A DNA stretch of 64,000 nt, from the NCBI GenBank assembly GCA_026770705.1, contig JANJGN010000071.1, positions 1,860,001-1,924,000 on the forward strand, in the 5' to 3' direction. Positions 22,161 through 35,415 of this stretch are shown here, piece after piece. The notes beneath the pieces were generated by a model. The model was not told the origin of the DNA, did no database searches, and was given only the letters and a program-made list of their open reading frames with translations. A program made the position numbers and the translations under genes. Source of the DNA: Isurus oxyrinchus. Taxonomy: Eukaryota. Numbering within the stretch: the first letter of the stretch is position 1; the number at the start of each line of letters is the position of its first letter.

Positions 22161-25100
22161 GTAATACCATTGTCAGCTCGGACAGATTTATGGTTAATAG
22201 TCTTTGTTAAAGATCATTCTTATTGAGCTCTGATAGGGAACTGATTCAGCAGTGATCCAGTGTACAAACTCACACCAAGTCCCATTCACCCATCACCCCT
22301 GTGCTCACTGATGTACACTGACTCCCTGTCTGACAGCAGAATTGGAGTAGACCAGTGGTCTTGAAGGGTTGTAGGGGCTGGAGGAGTTTACAGGGATAGG
22401 CAGGTTTGTAGCAGCGAGAGCAGAATCTTGAAATTCAGGTGCTGTCGGACGTTGGTCAGTGAGCGATGGGGATTGATGTGTTGAGTAGAGAAGCAGGGAT
22501 AAAAACTGGGGGATGAAGCCTATCCTAATGTTAGGTCTCCGATAGCAATGACCTGAAATTTGTGTCCTTTGCTGCCTTTATTCAAAACTTCCCATGAAGA
22601 CAACACAGCAGCTCCTAGAATAGACAGGTTGTTCAGTGTCACACTTCCTGTCCATTCTCACCTTGCTAGATACTTCAATAAGAGAGCAAGATAACTGAAA
22701 GAGAGAAGAAAGGCAAAGCCGACTGGGTGTAAAGGTGTCAAATATTCTGAGTTATCTGATGAGTGTCTCTGATCTGCTGCATAGTTTAAATTTCACGGAA
22801 TCTGGGCACGTTGCAGCTCAGAGAGAGACCATTGCCTCACTGCCTGAAAGAGCGGTGGAAGCAGATTCAACAGGAACTTTCAGAAGGGGAACTGGATAAA
22901 TACTTGAAGGGAAATTTGCAGGAATGTGCGAAAGGTGTTGGAGAGGAATTGGGAAAGAGTCAGCACATGCACGATGAGTCACATGAGCTCCTCCTGTGTT
23001 GTATCAATCAACAATCAGACAATTTAAGACCCTTATCAGCAAATCTTCAGAATCCTGTTGAATCACAGATGTTTCAGAAGGACAGGGAACAAGAGGTTTC
23101 TGGTATCAACACTTCATGTGGGGCCCAGTTCAGTTTGAACAAAAAAAATGACAACAGCATCTTTGAAAGTCATGAAACCAACACAACGGCAACTCCGACA
23201 CATGCAGAGCTCAGGCTAGAGGCACTTTGTTAGTGTGTTTCACAGTCTCTGCTGGAGTAGGGTCAGTGCTGAGCTTGGGGACAAGTCAGTCTACAATGCT
23301 GCATCGGAATCAACAATACAACAATATGGGGTTTGGATCAGAAATAATCCATTAGACAATGAGGATCCAAAGAGATTCCTTCGACAATGAGGATCCGAAG
23401 AGATTCCTTAGACAATGAGAATCCAAAGAGATTCCTTATTCCATTGGTTGTCTAACTGGGGTCCATGATTTTCCAAGGGGTCCTTGGCAGAATCAAATTA
23501 TCGAGCAATAGTGTGTAAAACACCGGAGAGAACGGGAAAGGTGGGATCAATGGAAAACTGTTCACTCTGTTTACACTAATGGGAGTTAGTCTCAGTAATG
23601 GAGACCATGAAACTATCATCGATTGTCATACACACCCATCTGGTTCACTAATGGCCTTTAGGGAAGGAAATCTGCCGTCTATATCTGGTCTGGCCTCCAT
23701 GTGACTCCAGACTCATAGCAACGTGGTTCCTCTGAAATGTCCGAGCAAACCATCCAGTTCTCACCATGCTAGAAACTTCAATAAGGGAGTAAGATAACTG
23801 AAAGAGAGAAGGAAGGCAAAGCTGCTCATGTGGATAGATGTCAAATATCCTGAGTGATCATGATTGTCTCTACTCTGCTACAGAGATTATGTCACGGGAC
23901 ATTAGAGATGGGCAGCAAATGCTGGCCTTGGCAGCGACGCCCACATCCCATGAATGAATACATTTACAAAATCTTATTAATTGGAGGGATAAAAGGGTTA
24001 AAGAGTTGCTGATGGAGGAACAGACACCCAATTTTTTTCGTAATTTACAGTTAGGAACCAATAATATTTTGTTTCAAGTAGACGAGGTTTGAGATTTAAG
24101 ATGCTTGCCAAGAGAATAAAGCTACAAGATTCCATGGCTTTTAAACAAATAAAAATAAACGTTACTGCACCAGCTCAGAAAGATAAAATAATTCACAATA
24201 TCCACCTTATACCCTAACATTCTGGATTAATATGAGCTCATGTGAATTAACAGGCAAACTGTGGTCTCACAGCCACATTACTCATTAAATTGTAAACGCG
24301 ACCAAGATAGAGCCCATGGATTTCACAACAACCCACCCGGACATCAGTGAACACTGTCAGTCAACCAATCTCACTGAAACTCTGTTTCTCTCATGAGGGA
24401 TTCCAATCTTCAACTTCAAAGATCTTGCCTTGGAATTCTCTCCAAAAGTCGCTTCAACTCGGATGGCCTCAGTGACGTTCCACCTCACAGCGTTTCCATC
24501 TCTTCTCCTGAGGCTCCATTGCCCTGGATTCCCGACTATATACTCAAGTACCACTAGGTTTAGATGAAAGGTTTTGATTGACTGGGTAGACAGAGAATGT
24601 TCCCTCTTGTGGGCAGGAGAATAACTAGAGGACGAGTGATTGGTGATTCCTTAAACATTGAAGAGGGAATGAACACCAATCAGATTGAATCAGATTAGCC
24701 AATCAGCTGTGTTGAAGAGCAGACAGGAATGTTAGGCTAATTAGTGATTCATGACGGTGATAATGGGGGGAGTTCTGAGTGGAAGACTGGCTTCACTAAG
24801 GGGAAGCGGTAGCAGAGAGGTATTGTCACTGGGCTAGTATTCCAGAGGCCCCGGGTGATGCTCTGGGGCCCTGGGTGTGAATCCCATCACAGCTGATGAA
24901 TGGAATTAAAAAGCCTGGTTCACTGATCACCTATAGGGAAGGAAATCTGCCACCCTTACCCAGTCTGGCCTACATGTCACTCCAAACCCAAAGCAATGTG
25001 GTTGACTCTTAAATGCCTCTGCTGGACATGGGATGGGTAATAAATCCCATGAATGAATAATTCGAAAAAACTAAACAGGGTCCTGAGGACCATGAGCCAA

Positions 25101-25291
25101 TGTAGAATGAACTTGTCCACTCCTGTGTCCAGGATTCTCTTCCAACCATTGTGAAACCTTGGGGAGTTCCTTGTGTGTCCTGTAGATGGTCCACACTGCA
25201 GCCACTGTGCCCCAATGATGGAGGGAGTGGATATCAAGTCTAATGGAACTACAAACCGTCCAGAATTAAATATTGATATTTCTCTCCCCAG

Positions 25292-25657
25292 TTGGATGGT
25301 CACAAGAGTGGAAAGGTGACACTCCACGAGAGATGACAGCACAGAAAGGTTCGTGTGTACAGATTCCGTGTCATTACAGTTATCCTTCAAATTTGGAAAA
25401 CCAACAACGAGGTGGAGTCTGGTTTAATAATGAGGAACGGGGAAGATCGTCTATAGCCTTTCACTCCAAGGATCACAATCATGAGTTACCACGGTTCCGC
25501 CATCGGACCCAGCTGTCTGGAGACCTGAAAGATGGCGACTGTTCCCTGATTATAAACAACATCAGACGGGAAGATGCAGGACCTTATTTTTTCAGAATAG
25601 AATTTGACAGCAGGAATAGATACAGCTACTATCCTGTAACCCAGCTTCACGTTTCTG
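25292..25657 (+). CDS. Siglec-like gene B, V-set sialic-acid-binding-type domain
   Basis: 366-nt phase 1/1 exon; GSCVQIPC (two Cys), GVWF, GDCSL, DAGPYFFRIE with the F-strand Arg at 25594-25596, G-strand YSY. Confidence 0.92.
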
Positions 25658-26028
25658 GTAAGTGCTGTGTTATAATTACTCAAAAATTCACATTCAACAC
25701 TCAATGGGAAACAACACAAACTGTGACGTTTACATATTAACACAAAACACAGCTTATTATAACACACTGTCTGATTCTCAATAACCTGGTGATGGCTTCC
25801 AGTTCAGTCCTAACGTAACCTTTAATACTCACTTTAATATCAATGATTAAATGTATTCCACTCCCATCGATCTCTCTAATCGTGTCTAACAGTCTATCAG
25901 GATAGTTAAAACAACTCAGTTCTGATATCATCCTTGTAAAAGTGCTTTCTCTTGTGGGACTGTGATTTCTATTTGAACTGATGCTTCACGTTATATTTCT
26001 CTAAAAGGATCCATTCTCTGTGTGTTAG

Positions 26029-26325
26029 ATTTCACAGATAAACCCACAATATTCCCTGCTGAAATTATTGCAGGAAAGCGTGTGGATGTAAGCTGCACCT
26101 TCAACACAACGTGCAATGGAACAGCAGCACCTGTCTTAACCTGGGACACTCCCACTGACGTACCTGGATCAGTCTCAAACACTGTAACTCAGCATGGTGT
26201 CACTCTGACCTATACTTCTGTTCTGACCCTGATCCCATCACTCAAACACCACGGACACACTCTCAGCTGCAGAGTGAGATATCCATCTGTTTCATCGGAG
26301 CGGACCCTCGTACTAACTGTGCAAG
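26029..26325 (+). CDS. Siglec-like gene B, domain 2 (C-type Ig)
   Basis: 297-nt phase 1/1 exon; SCTFNTTC (extra Cys for the D1-D2 disulfide), LTW, SVLTLIP..HG..LSCRV. Confidence 0.92.
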
Positions 26326-26449
26326 GTAAGTACCGACTCCCTTCCATCTACATTAGCTAGAAAGCTCCACATAGTACACTGCAAGATCCCACAACTGCAT
26401 TGTGTTTAGCAACAAATCAATAGTCTTTAATTGATACAAATTCACCTCT

Positions 26450-26905
26450 GACACTGCAGCAGTCCCTGAATACTGACTCTCCAACACTGCAGCATTCCCT
26501 CACTACTGACCCTTCGACAGTGCAGCACCCCCTCAGTACTGAATCTTCGCAGTGCAGCACTCCCTCAGTACTGACCCTCTGAGAGTGCAGCACCCCCTCA
26601 GTTCTGACCCTCAAACAGTGCAGCACCCCCTCTTTACTGACCATCTGACAGTGCAGCACTCCCTCAGTACTGACCCACTGACAGTGCAGCACTCCCTCAG
26701 TACTGACCCTCTGACAGTGCAGCACTCCCTCAGTACTGACACACTGACAATGCAGCACTCCCTCAGTACTGACCGTCTGACACTACAGCACTCCCTCAGT
26801 ACTGACCCTCTGACAGTGCAGTACTCCCTCAGTACTGACACACTGACAGTGCAGCACTCCCTCAGTACTGACCCTCTGTCATTGCAGCACTCCCTCAATA
26901 CTGAA
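26450..26905. repeat. 29-bp minisatellite (intronic)
   Basis: About 15 tandem copies. Confidence 0.95.
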
Positions 26906-27036
26906 CTGATTTGTCTGCCTGGATTACGGGCTTTGTGGTGAAAGAACCTGCATTGATATCAAACCTTTCACATTCTCAGTGTCTTTCAAAGTGCTTCACA
27001 GTCAGTTTAAGTTAATTGATGTTTATTTGTTTTTAG

Positions 27037-27318
27037 ATGCACCACAGAATCTCTCAATTAATTCTCTTGATATGATTAACGCTTCATCGATCAACATAAT
27101 TGAGGGGAATTCTGCAGTGATAATCTGCTCTGTCGAGAGCTTCCCAGCTTCTAACCTGACGTGGCGACATCTTAATGTCCCAATGAACAGAACAAGTTCC
27201 AACAATGAGCTGTGGTTGGTGATTCCTCACGTTACATCCAGGGACACTGGAGACTATCAGTGTGTGGCAGAGAATGAACATGGAGCAGTGGAGGGGTTCA
27301 TAACCATCACTGTGGAAC
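27037..27318 (+). CDS. Gene B C2-set Ig exon 1 of 6
   Basis: 282 nt, phase 1/1; EGNSAVIICSVESFPASNLTW..DTGDYQCVAENEHG. Confidence 0.9.
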
Positions 27319-27356
27319 GTGAGTTACTGCAAACTTCAACATCACTCACACACACA

Positions 27357-27392
<36 letters not shown>

Positions 27393-27991
27393 GACACACA
27401 TGCAGAAGGACACACAACCTTAACTCACACACACACACACGCACAGACAGACACACGTGCGCACACACACAAACACACATGCGTGCATGCACACACAGAT
27501 CCTTGTTGTGCAGAAACATACACACACACAAGCCAACACACACATACACACACAAAAACGTGTGGGTACCCTCTCCTCTCTCAGTGCTGCACTGGAGTCT
27601 CGGTATCAGCTCCGATTCTTTGTTGATGGAAGGTAAAGTCCAGATCAACAAGACCCTGAACTGGATGAGCAACCTCCTGAACAGTGAATTGTAGATTTAC
27701 CCCTCAGTTCTCCATCGATCAAATACAATTCATTGCCTTTGAAGCCCTTGGCGACATCCTGAGGATCTGAAAGGGAGTTTCCTGCATTCTAGATAGACAC
27801 CTCCACTGGTGGGAGAATGTAACTGCAGTGTGACAGTTTACATAGGCAGTGCCCGTTGTAAATGTGAAATAAGTTCTTATCCTGAGGGAAGGTACCTGGA
27901 AATGCATTCAGACATCAGATACAGAGACATGATGCATGGAGTCTTGCTGTGCACTATATTTGCTCATATTAAAATCTTTATATGTTTTTAG

Positions 27992-28273
27992 ATGGACCAC
28001 AGAATCTCTCAATTACTTATCTTGATATGATTAACGCTTCATCGATCAATATAATTGAGGGGAATTCTGCAGTGATAATCTGCTCTGTCGAGAGCTTCCC
28101 AGCTTCTAACCTGACGTGGCGACATCTTAATGTCCCAATGAACAGAACAAGTTGCAACAATGAGCTGTGGTTGGTGATTCCTCACGTTACATCCAGGGAC
28201 ACTGGAGACTATCAGTGTGTGGCAGAGAATGAACATGGAGCAGTGGAGGGGTTCATAACCATCACTGTGGAAT
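27992..28273 (+). CDS. Gene B C2-set Ig exon 2 of 6
   Basis: 282 nt, intact ag/gt; extra Cys (RTSCNN). Confidence 0.9.
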
Positions 28274-28890
28274 GTGAGTGTTCACAAACTACAGCATCTC
28301 ACACACACACACACACACACACATACATGCACATGCACTGACAGACACACGTGCGCACACACACACAAACACACATGCATGCGTGCACACACACAGATCC
28401 TTATTGTGCAGAAACATACACACACACAAGCCAACACACACATACACAGACAAAAACGTGTGGGTACCCTCTCCTCTCTCAGTGCTGCACTGGAGTCTCG
28501 GTATCAGCTCTGATTCTGTGTTGAAGGAAGGTGAACTCCAGATCAACAAGACCCTGAACTGGATGGAGCAACCTCCTGAACAGAGAAATGTATATTTACC
28601 CCTCAGTGCTCCATCGATCAAACACAATTCATTGCCTTTGAAGCCCTTGGGGACATCCTGAGGATCTGAAAGGGAGTTTCCTGCATTCTAGATGGACACC
28701 TCCACTGGTGGGAGAATGTAACTGCAGTGTGACAGTTTACATAGGCAGTGCCCATTGTAAATGTGAAATAAGTTCTTATCCTGAGGGAAGGAACCTGGAA
28801 ATGCATTCAGACATCAGATACAGAGAGATGATGCATGGAGTCTTGCTGTGCACTGTGCTTGCTCACATTAAAATCTTTATATGTTTTTAG

Positions 28891-29172
28891 ATGCACCACA
28901 GAATCTCTCATTTACTTCTCTTGATATGATTAACGCTTCAACGATCAATATAATTGAGGGGAATTCTGCAGTGATAATCTGCTCTGTCGAGAGCTTCCCA
29001 GCTTCTAACCTGATGTGGCGACATCTTAATGTCCCAATGAACAGAACAAGTTCCAACAATGAGCTGTGGTTGGTGATTCCTCACGTTACATCCAGGGACA
29101 CTGGAGACTATCAGTGTGTGGCAGAGAATGAACATGGAGCAGTGGAGGGATTCATAACCATCACTGTGGAAC
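28891..29172 (+). CDS. Gene B C2-set Ig exon 3 of 6
   Basis: 282 nt, intact ag/gt, open frame. Confidence 0.9.
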
Positions 29173-30397
29173 GTGAGTTNNNNNNNNNNNNNNNNNNNNN
29201 NNNNNNNNNNNNNNNNNNNNNNNNNNNNNNNNNNNNNNNNNNNNNNNNNNNNNNNNNNNNNNNNNNNNNNNNNNNNNNNNNNNNNNNNNNNNNNNNNNNN
29301 NNNNNNNNNNNNNNNNNNNNNNNNNNNNNNNNNNNNNNNNNNNNNNNNNNNNNNNNNNNNNNNNNNNNNNNNNNNNNNNNNNNNNNNNNNNNNNNNNNNN
29401 NNNNNNNNNNNNNNNNNNNNNNNNNNNNNNNNNNNNNNNNNNNNNNNNNNNNNNNNNNNNNNNNNNNNNNNNNNNAGACACAGGTGCACACAAACAAGCA
29501 TTCATGTGCAATCCCACATGTGCACAGGTGTGTACGCCTGCATGCTCACACACACAGAAGGAAACATACACAGAATCACACGTGTGCTTGCTCACACACA
29601 CACAGACATGTGTGAGTTGTCTGTTCTCCCTGTGCTGCACTGGAGTGTTGCTCCAGATTCTGCTCTGAAACACTGACGACATCAGCTGAACAAGACCCTG
29701 TATTGGACGAGCAGCCTCCTGCACAGAGAATTGTAGGTTTATCACTCAATACCCCATTATTCTAAAGCAATTCCTCCACTGTCAAATCCCTGTGAATATC
29801 CTGATGATGTGAAAGGCATTTTCTTTTCTTCTAGCCGGACAGTGTCTCCTCTGGTGGAAGGCTGTAATTACAGCGTGACAGTTTACATATCCACACGCAG
29901 CAAGAGCTGAGCAACACTCAGCTTGGGCTGAGAAATGACAATTAATGTTCACACCACACAAGCACCAGGCAGTGATCATCACCAACAAGAGAGAATCTAA
30001 CCATCTCCCCTTGATGTTCAGTGAGTTTACTATCACTGAATCCCCCACGATCAACATCCTGGGGGGTGTTACCCAAACAACTAACTGGACCGGCCATAAA
30101 TACTGTGGCTACAGGAGCCGGTCAGAGGCTGGGAATTCTGTGGGGGTGAAAAACTCACCACCACCTCCTCAAGGGCAATTAGGGATGGGTGATAAATGCT
30201 GGTCTAGATAGATACATCCACTTCCCATGAATGTACAAAAAGAAAAACGCTGGCAGTGACCATTATAAAAGTTGACATAGAAACTTAAAACAGGAAAGAA
30301 CCTTGAAATGCACATAGACACCAAATAGAGAGAGATGTATCATGGAGTCTTGCTGTGCACTGTGTTTGCTCACAATGATACCTTTATTTGTATTTAG

Positions 30398-30679
30398 ATG
30401 CACCACGGAACCCATCAATTACTTCTCTTGATATGATTAACGCTTCATCGATCAATATAATTAAGGGGAATTCTGCAGTGATAATCTGCTCTGTCGAGAG
30501 CTTCCCAGCTTCTAACCTGACGTGGCGACATCTTAATGTCCCAATGAACAGAACAAGTTCCAACAATGAGCTGTGGTAGGTGATTCCTCACGTTACATCC
30601 AGGGACACTGGAGACTATCAGTGTGTGGCAGAGAATGAACATGGAGCAGTGGAGGGATTCATAACCATCACTGTGGAAT
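30398..30679 (+). pseudogene. Gene B C2-set Ig exon 4 of 6, with an in-frame stop
   Basis: 282 nt, splice sites intact; TTG>TAG at 30577-30579 relative to the five sister exons. Confidence 0.88.
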
Positions 30680-30715
30680 GTGAGTTACTGCAAACTTCAA
30701 CATCACTCAGACACA

Positions 30716-30756
<41 letters not shown>

Positions 30757-31486
30757 GGACACGCACACACACACACTCACACACACACACACGTGTGTAA
30801 GCATACACATGCATAATTATATACACACATTCATACACGTACAAACACATACACAGGAAAATACACAGCCATCTCAAACACACACACATATTCATGCCCA
30901 AACATAGACACACACATGCACATTCACTCACTCATGGACAGACGTAGACACACAGAAACGCGTGCATGCGCACGCACAGACACATGTGTGCATACACACA
31001 CAAGCACACTCACCTGTGCAGAAACACAAACACACACACACACATACACACATGTGAGTTCCGTGACCTCTCTCAGTGCTGCACTGGAGTCTCAGTGTCA
31101 GCTCCGATTCTGTGTTGAAGGAAGGTAAACTCCAGATCAACAAGACCCTGAATTGGATGAGCAACCTCCTGAACAGAGAAATGTAGATTTGCCCCTCAGT
31201 GCTCCATCGATCAAATACAATTCATTGCCTGTCAAGCCCTTGGCGAAATCCTGAGGATGTGAAAGCGAGCTTCTTTCATTCTAGATGGACAACACCTCTA
31301 CTGGTGGGAGAATGCAACTGCAGTGTGACAGTTTACATAGGCAGTGTCAATTATAAATGTGCCATAACACCTTATCCTGAGGGAAGTTACCTGGAAATGC
31401 ATTCGGACATCAGATACAGAGACATGATGCATGGAGTCTTGCTGTGCACTATATTTGCTCACATTAAAATCTTTATATGTTTTTAG

Positions 31487-31768
31487 ATGCACCACAGGAT
31501 CTCTCAATTACTTCACTTGATATGATTAATGCTTCATGGATCAATATAATTGAGGGGAATTCTGCAGTGATAATCTGCTCTGTCGAGAGCTTCCCAGCTT
31601 CTAACCTGACGTGGCGACATCTTAATGTCCCAATGAACAGAACAAGTTCCAACAATGAGCTGTGGTTGGTGATTCCTCACGTTACATCCAGGGACACTGG
31701 AGACTATCAGTGTGTGGCAGAGAATGAACATGGAGCAGTGGAGGGGTTCATAACCATCACTGTGGAAC
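31487..31768 (+). CDS. Gene B C2-set Ig exon 5 of 6
   Basis: 282 nt, intact ag/gt, open frame. Confidence 0.9.
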
Positions 31769-32224
31769 GTGAGTTACACACACACAAGTGTGAGCTCCCT
31801 CTCCTCTCTCAGTGCTGCACTGGAGTCATGGTATCAGCTCACATTCTGTGCTGAAGGAAGGTAAACTCCAGATCAGCAAGACTCTGAACTGGATGGAGCA
31901 ACCTCCTGAACAGAGAATTGTCGATTTACACCTCAGTGCTCCATCGATCAAATACAATTCATTGCCTGTCAAGCCCTTGGGGACATCTTGAGAGTGTTAA
32001 AGGATGTTTCTTTCATTCTAGAGGCTTAGCAACTCTACTGGTAGGAGAAAGCAACTGCAGTGTGATAGTTTACATAGGAAGTAGTGCCCATTATAAATAC
32101 GACAGTAATTTTTCATGAGGGAAGGTACCTGGAAAAGCATTCCAACATCAGATACAGAGAGATGATGCATGGAGTCTTGCTGTGCACTATGCTTGCTCAC
32201 ATTAAAATCTTTCTATGTTTTTAG

Positions 32225-32506
32225 ATGCACCACAGGATCTCTCAATTAATTCACTTGATATGATTAACGCTTCATCGATCAATATAATTGAGGGGAATTC
32301 TGCAGTGATAATCTGCTCTGTCGAGAGCTTCCCAGCTTCTAACCTGACGTGGCGACATCTTAATGTCCCAATGAACAGAACAAGTTCCAACAATGAGCTG
32401 TGGTTGGTGATTCCTCACGTTACATCCAGGGACACTGGAGACTATCAGTGTGTGGCAGAGAATGAACATGGAGCAGTGGAGGGGTTCATAACCATCACTG
32501 TGGAAC
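32225..32506 (+). CDS. Gene B C2-set Ig exon 6 of 6
   Basis: 282 nt, intact ag/gt, open frame. Confidence 0.9.
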
Positions 32507-32509
32507 GTG

Positions 32510-32775
32510 AGTGTGGAGATACATTTGTTTGGTTGTTGTCTCCGTGGTCTCTGTGGAGCCATTGGGATCGTGTTGTTTTTAATCCAGTTTTCTTCAATCC
32601 TCGCTCAGTCCACGTTATCCACACATCCAATTTTTCCTCTCCCTTTCTGTTTTTGCTCTCAGTTTCTCCTTCAATGGTTGTGAGGACAAGGCTGTCAGGT
32701 CTTCGTTTCCAATCTCCGTACTTGACGACCTTTCTCTCTCTAACTGTCCTGAACAACCCTTTTAATTGCTGAACT
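32510..32775 (-). mobile_element. RTE-like LINE 3' fragment (longer copy at 53230-53550)
   Basis: Minus-strand 'MLRISWMDRKTNEWL..VRERKVVKYG.WKRR..TIEGETESKNRKG..W'. Confidence 0.6.
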
Positions 32776-33322
32776 TCTCATTCTTTAATTGATAAATATT
32801 ATATATAAATGTTACATGGATTACTTTGAAATGCAACACCTGTATTCATAAATTGCTTAGAAATTGCTAAACATTCAACAGCCAATGAGCATTATCGAAG
32901 TGAGCTCACTGCTGTAATGTAGGAAACACAGGTACTGATTTGTGCACAGCAAGATCCCGCAAACCACCGTGTGATAATGACCTGATATTCGATTATTTCA
33001 GTGAGGTTGGTTGTTACATGTGTAGACAATACATACCCTTTAGGGAGGGAAGCATGTCTCGATGTGGATGTGACTCCAGTCTCAAACACCAACATGGTTA
33101 ACTCACACCTGCCCTCTGAACTGGTCTCCCAGTTTGGGACAAGCCAGTGGTTCAGGAGGAAGACCACCCACCACCTTCTCAAGGGGAAACTAGGGATGGA
33201 CAATAAATGTCAGCATTGCCCGAGAATGAGTATTTAAACACTGAGTGAGTGTATCGCTTCTCGAGATACATCGGAGCATCATTGTAAACCTGTAGTGCAG
33301 TAATTAATGGCTGTTTTTACAG

Positions 33323-33419
33323 GTAGAGACTCCAGTAAATGGACAGTAGGATTGTTCACGGCTGGGATCATGTTGAGTGTTTTCCTGGCTGGAATCTTCA
33401 TCTTCATCTGTGTGAGAAA
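33323..33419 (+). CDS. Gene B transmembrane exon (RDSSKWTVGLFTAGIMLSVFLAGIFIFICVRK)
   Basis: 97 nt, phase 1/2; acceptor ttttacag, donor AA|gtaagt; ~24 uncharged residues followed by RK. Not in the ORF track. Confidence 0.9.
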
Positions 33420-34294
33420 GTAAGTGTGAAGATTTAAATTGATTTTAATATAAACATTTGCTTCAATGTTCTTTCCTCAAGTCGGTGATTGTTTCCCTTG
33501 GGATTAGCACCAGGTCCCTCTCTGTAAGTGGTCCCTGTGTCCACTGTGATCCAGAGAGAACCTTTCATTGTCCTGTATCCAGGTAAACAATCACGAGACC
33601 CAGAGATTCCTCACTCTGCACGATTACTCCTGGATAAACATTTGCTTCAAAGTTCTTTCCTGAAGTCGGTGATTGTTTCCCTTGTGTTAAGCGCCAGATG
33701 CCTCTCCGTAACTGGTCTCTTTATCCGTTATGATCCAGAGAGTGTTTTTCATTGCCCGTTATCCAGATGAATAATAATCAGTTGTTGTGATCTGGAAGGT
33801 GCTGCCTGAAAGGGCGGTGGAAGCAGATTCAATAGGAACTTTCAAAAGGGTAAATGGATAAATATTTGAAGGGGGAACATTTGAAGGGCTATGGGGGGAA
33901 GAGCAGGGGTGGAGGGGATCAAAGATATGGCGTGTTATTATAATGATATTATACCTTAGGCTTATTTACTGTACAAGAAACAAAGCACCAATCACTCACA
34001 GGGATTGGGTGAGAATGTTATGGGCTCGTTAATCAAGACTCAGCACGAGAACAGTTATACATACGGATAAAGCTTGGAGGCATCAGAGCTGTGTGTGTGT
34101 GCTCTGCTCAAAGCAAAAGTGAAACTAAGATTGGATCAAATGACACACTTCTATTATAGTGATATCACGCTGATATCCCTTAATGCAACTAGAGACAGTC
34201 CAGTTGTTGGTTTAAGTTTACAGTGGGCTCTGTGTCTGTGCTGCACTGACTCTCTGCTATATGATAACCACAGTGTGATATTGTGTTATTGCAG

Positions 34295-34376
34295 GAGAAA
34301 GACAGCGATGGAGGAGAGAGTTTCAGGGACCAGTGACATTGCATTGACCCCCAGTCCACTCTCTGTGAAGCACCAG
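34295..34376 (+). CDS. Gene B juxtamembrane cytoplasmic exon
   Basis: 82 nt, phase 2/0; RKTAMEERVSGTSDIALTPSPLSVKHQ. Confidence 0.88.
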
Positions 34377-34582
34377 GTACAGGAACTGTTTACACTCACT
34401 CCAAAGCTTCTATCTCAGTGTGTAGACAACACATGTCCCAGATTCCCAACCAGGTTACCCACTCCTGTGGAGTCAGCAATGGTTCAGTAGGTAGCACTGT
34501 CTCTCACTCCCTCCCGCTCTCTCCCTCCATCACTCGCTCTTTGACCAGAAACCTGAACACAGTAATGACAAGGCAACTGATG

Positions 34583-34965
34583 TCAGTACTGAGGGAGTGC
34601 TGCACTGTCATAGGGTCTGTGCTGAGGGAGTGCTGGACAGTCAGAAGGTCAGTACTGAGTGAGTGCTGCACTGTCGGAGGGTCAGTACTGAGGGAGTGTT
34701 GCACTGTCAGAGGGTCAGTACTGAGTGAGTGCTGGACTGTCAGAGGGTCAGTACTGAGGGAGTGCTGCGCTGTCATAGGGTCAGTACTGAGGGAGTGCTG
34801 GACTATCGGAGGGTCAGTACTCAGGGAGTGCTGCACTGTCGGAGGGTCAGTACTGAGCGCAGTACTGAGGGAGTGCTGCACTGTCGAAGAGTCCATTTTC
34901 AAGGGGTGCTGCCCTCTTGAAGGGGCAGGTCCCAGGGAGTGCTGCACTGTCAGGAGTCAGCACTG
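34583..34965. repeat. 29-bp minisatellite (last intron of gene B)
   Basis: Tandem copies. Confidence 0.9.
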
Positions 34966-35415
34966 AGAGAACATTGCAGTGTTCGAGGTGCCTCTTTCAG
35001 AATAGTTGTATAATGCTGACCATGTTTACCATCTTATCTGGTCCCATGGCCACATTTCCAACACTGTAGCAGTGTCGCCCTTCAATAAAATTCCTTCATT
35101 GGCGTGAGGTTCTTTGTGTGTCTGTGTTTGTGAATAATGGGGCACAAATCTCATGATTGGGATGGTAACATAGGACTTCAAGACTCAGGTCTGCGATAGC
35201 GAGAGAGATTACATGATAAATAGAGAGAGAAAGCAAGAGAGAGAGAGAGAAAGAGAGACAGAGAAAGAGATTGAAAAATGAGACAGAGAAAGAGAGTGAA
35301 AAAGAGGGTTAAACCCATTGAGACATGACTGACAGTAACGAGGCTGCAGAATAATTTAACCCTATCAGTGCCAGTAAATGATGTGAGGATGTCTTCTGTT
35401 TCTATTTCTCTGTAG

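Noticed and set aside
22811-23233. 140-aa intronic ORF
   Set aside because: 5' half derives from a LINE 3' fragment; non-ATG start; no recognisable domain
27023-27281. Recurrent antisense ORFs over each C2 exon
   Set aside because: Shadows of the duplicated sense exons
28881-29745. Long ORFs spanning N runs (also at 1641, 17523, 38666, 39897, 42614, 59629)
   Set aside because: Open only because the assembly gaps contain no stop codons
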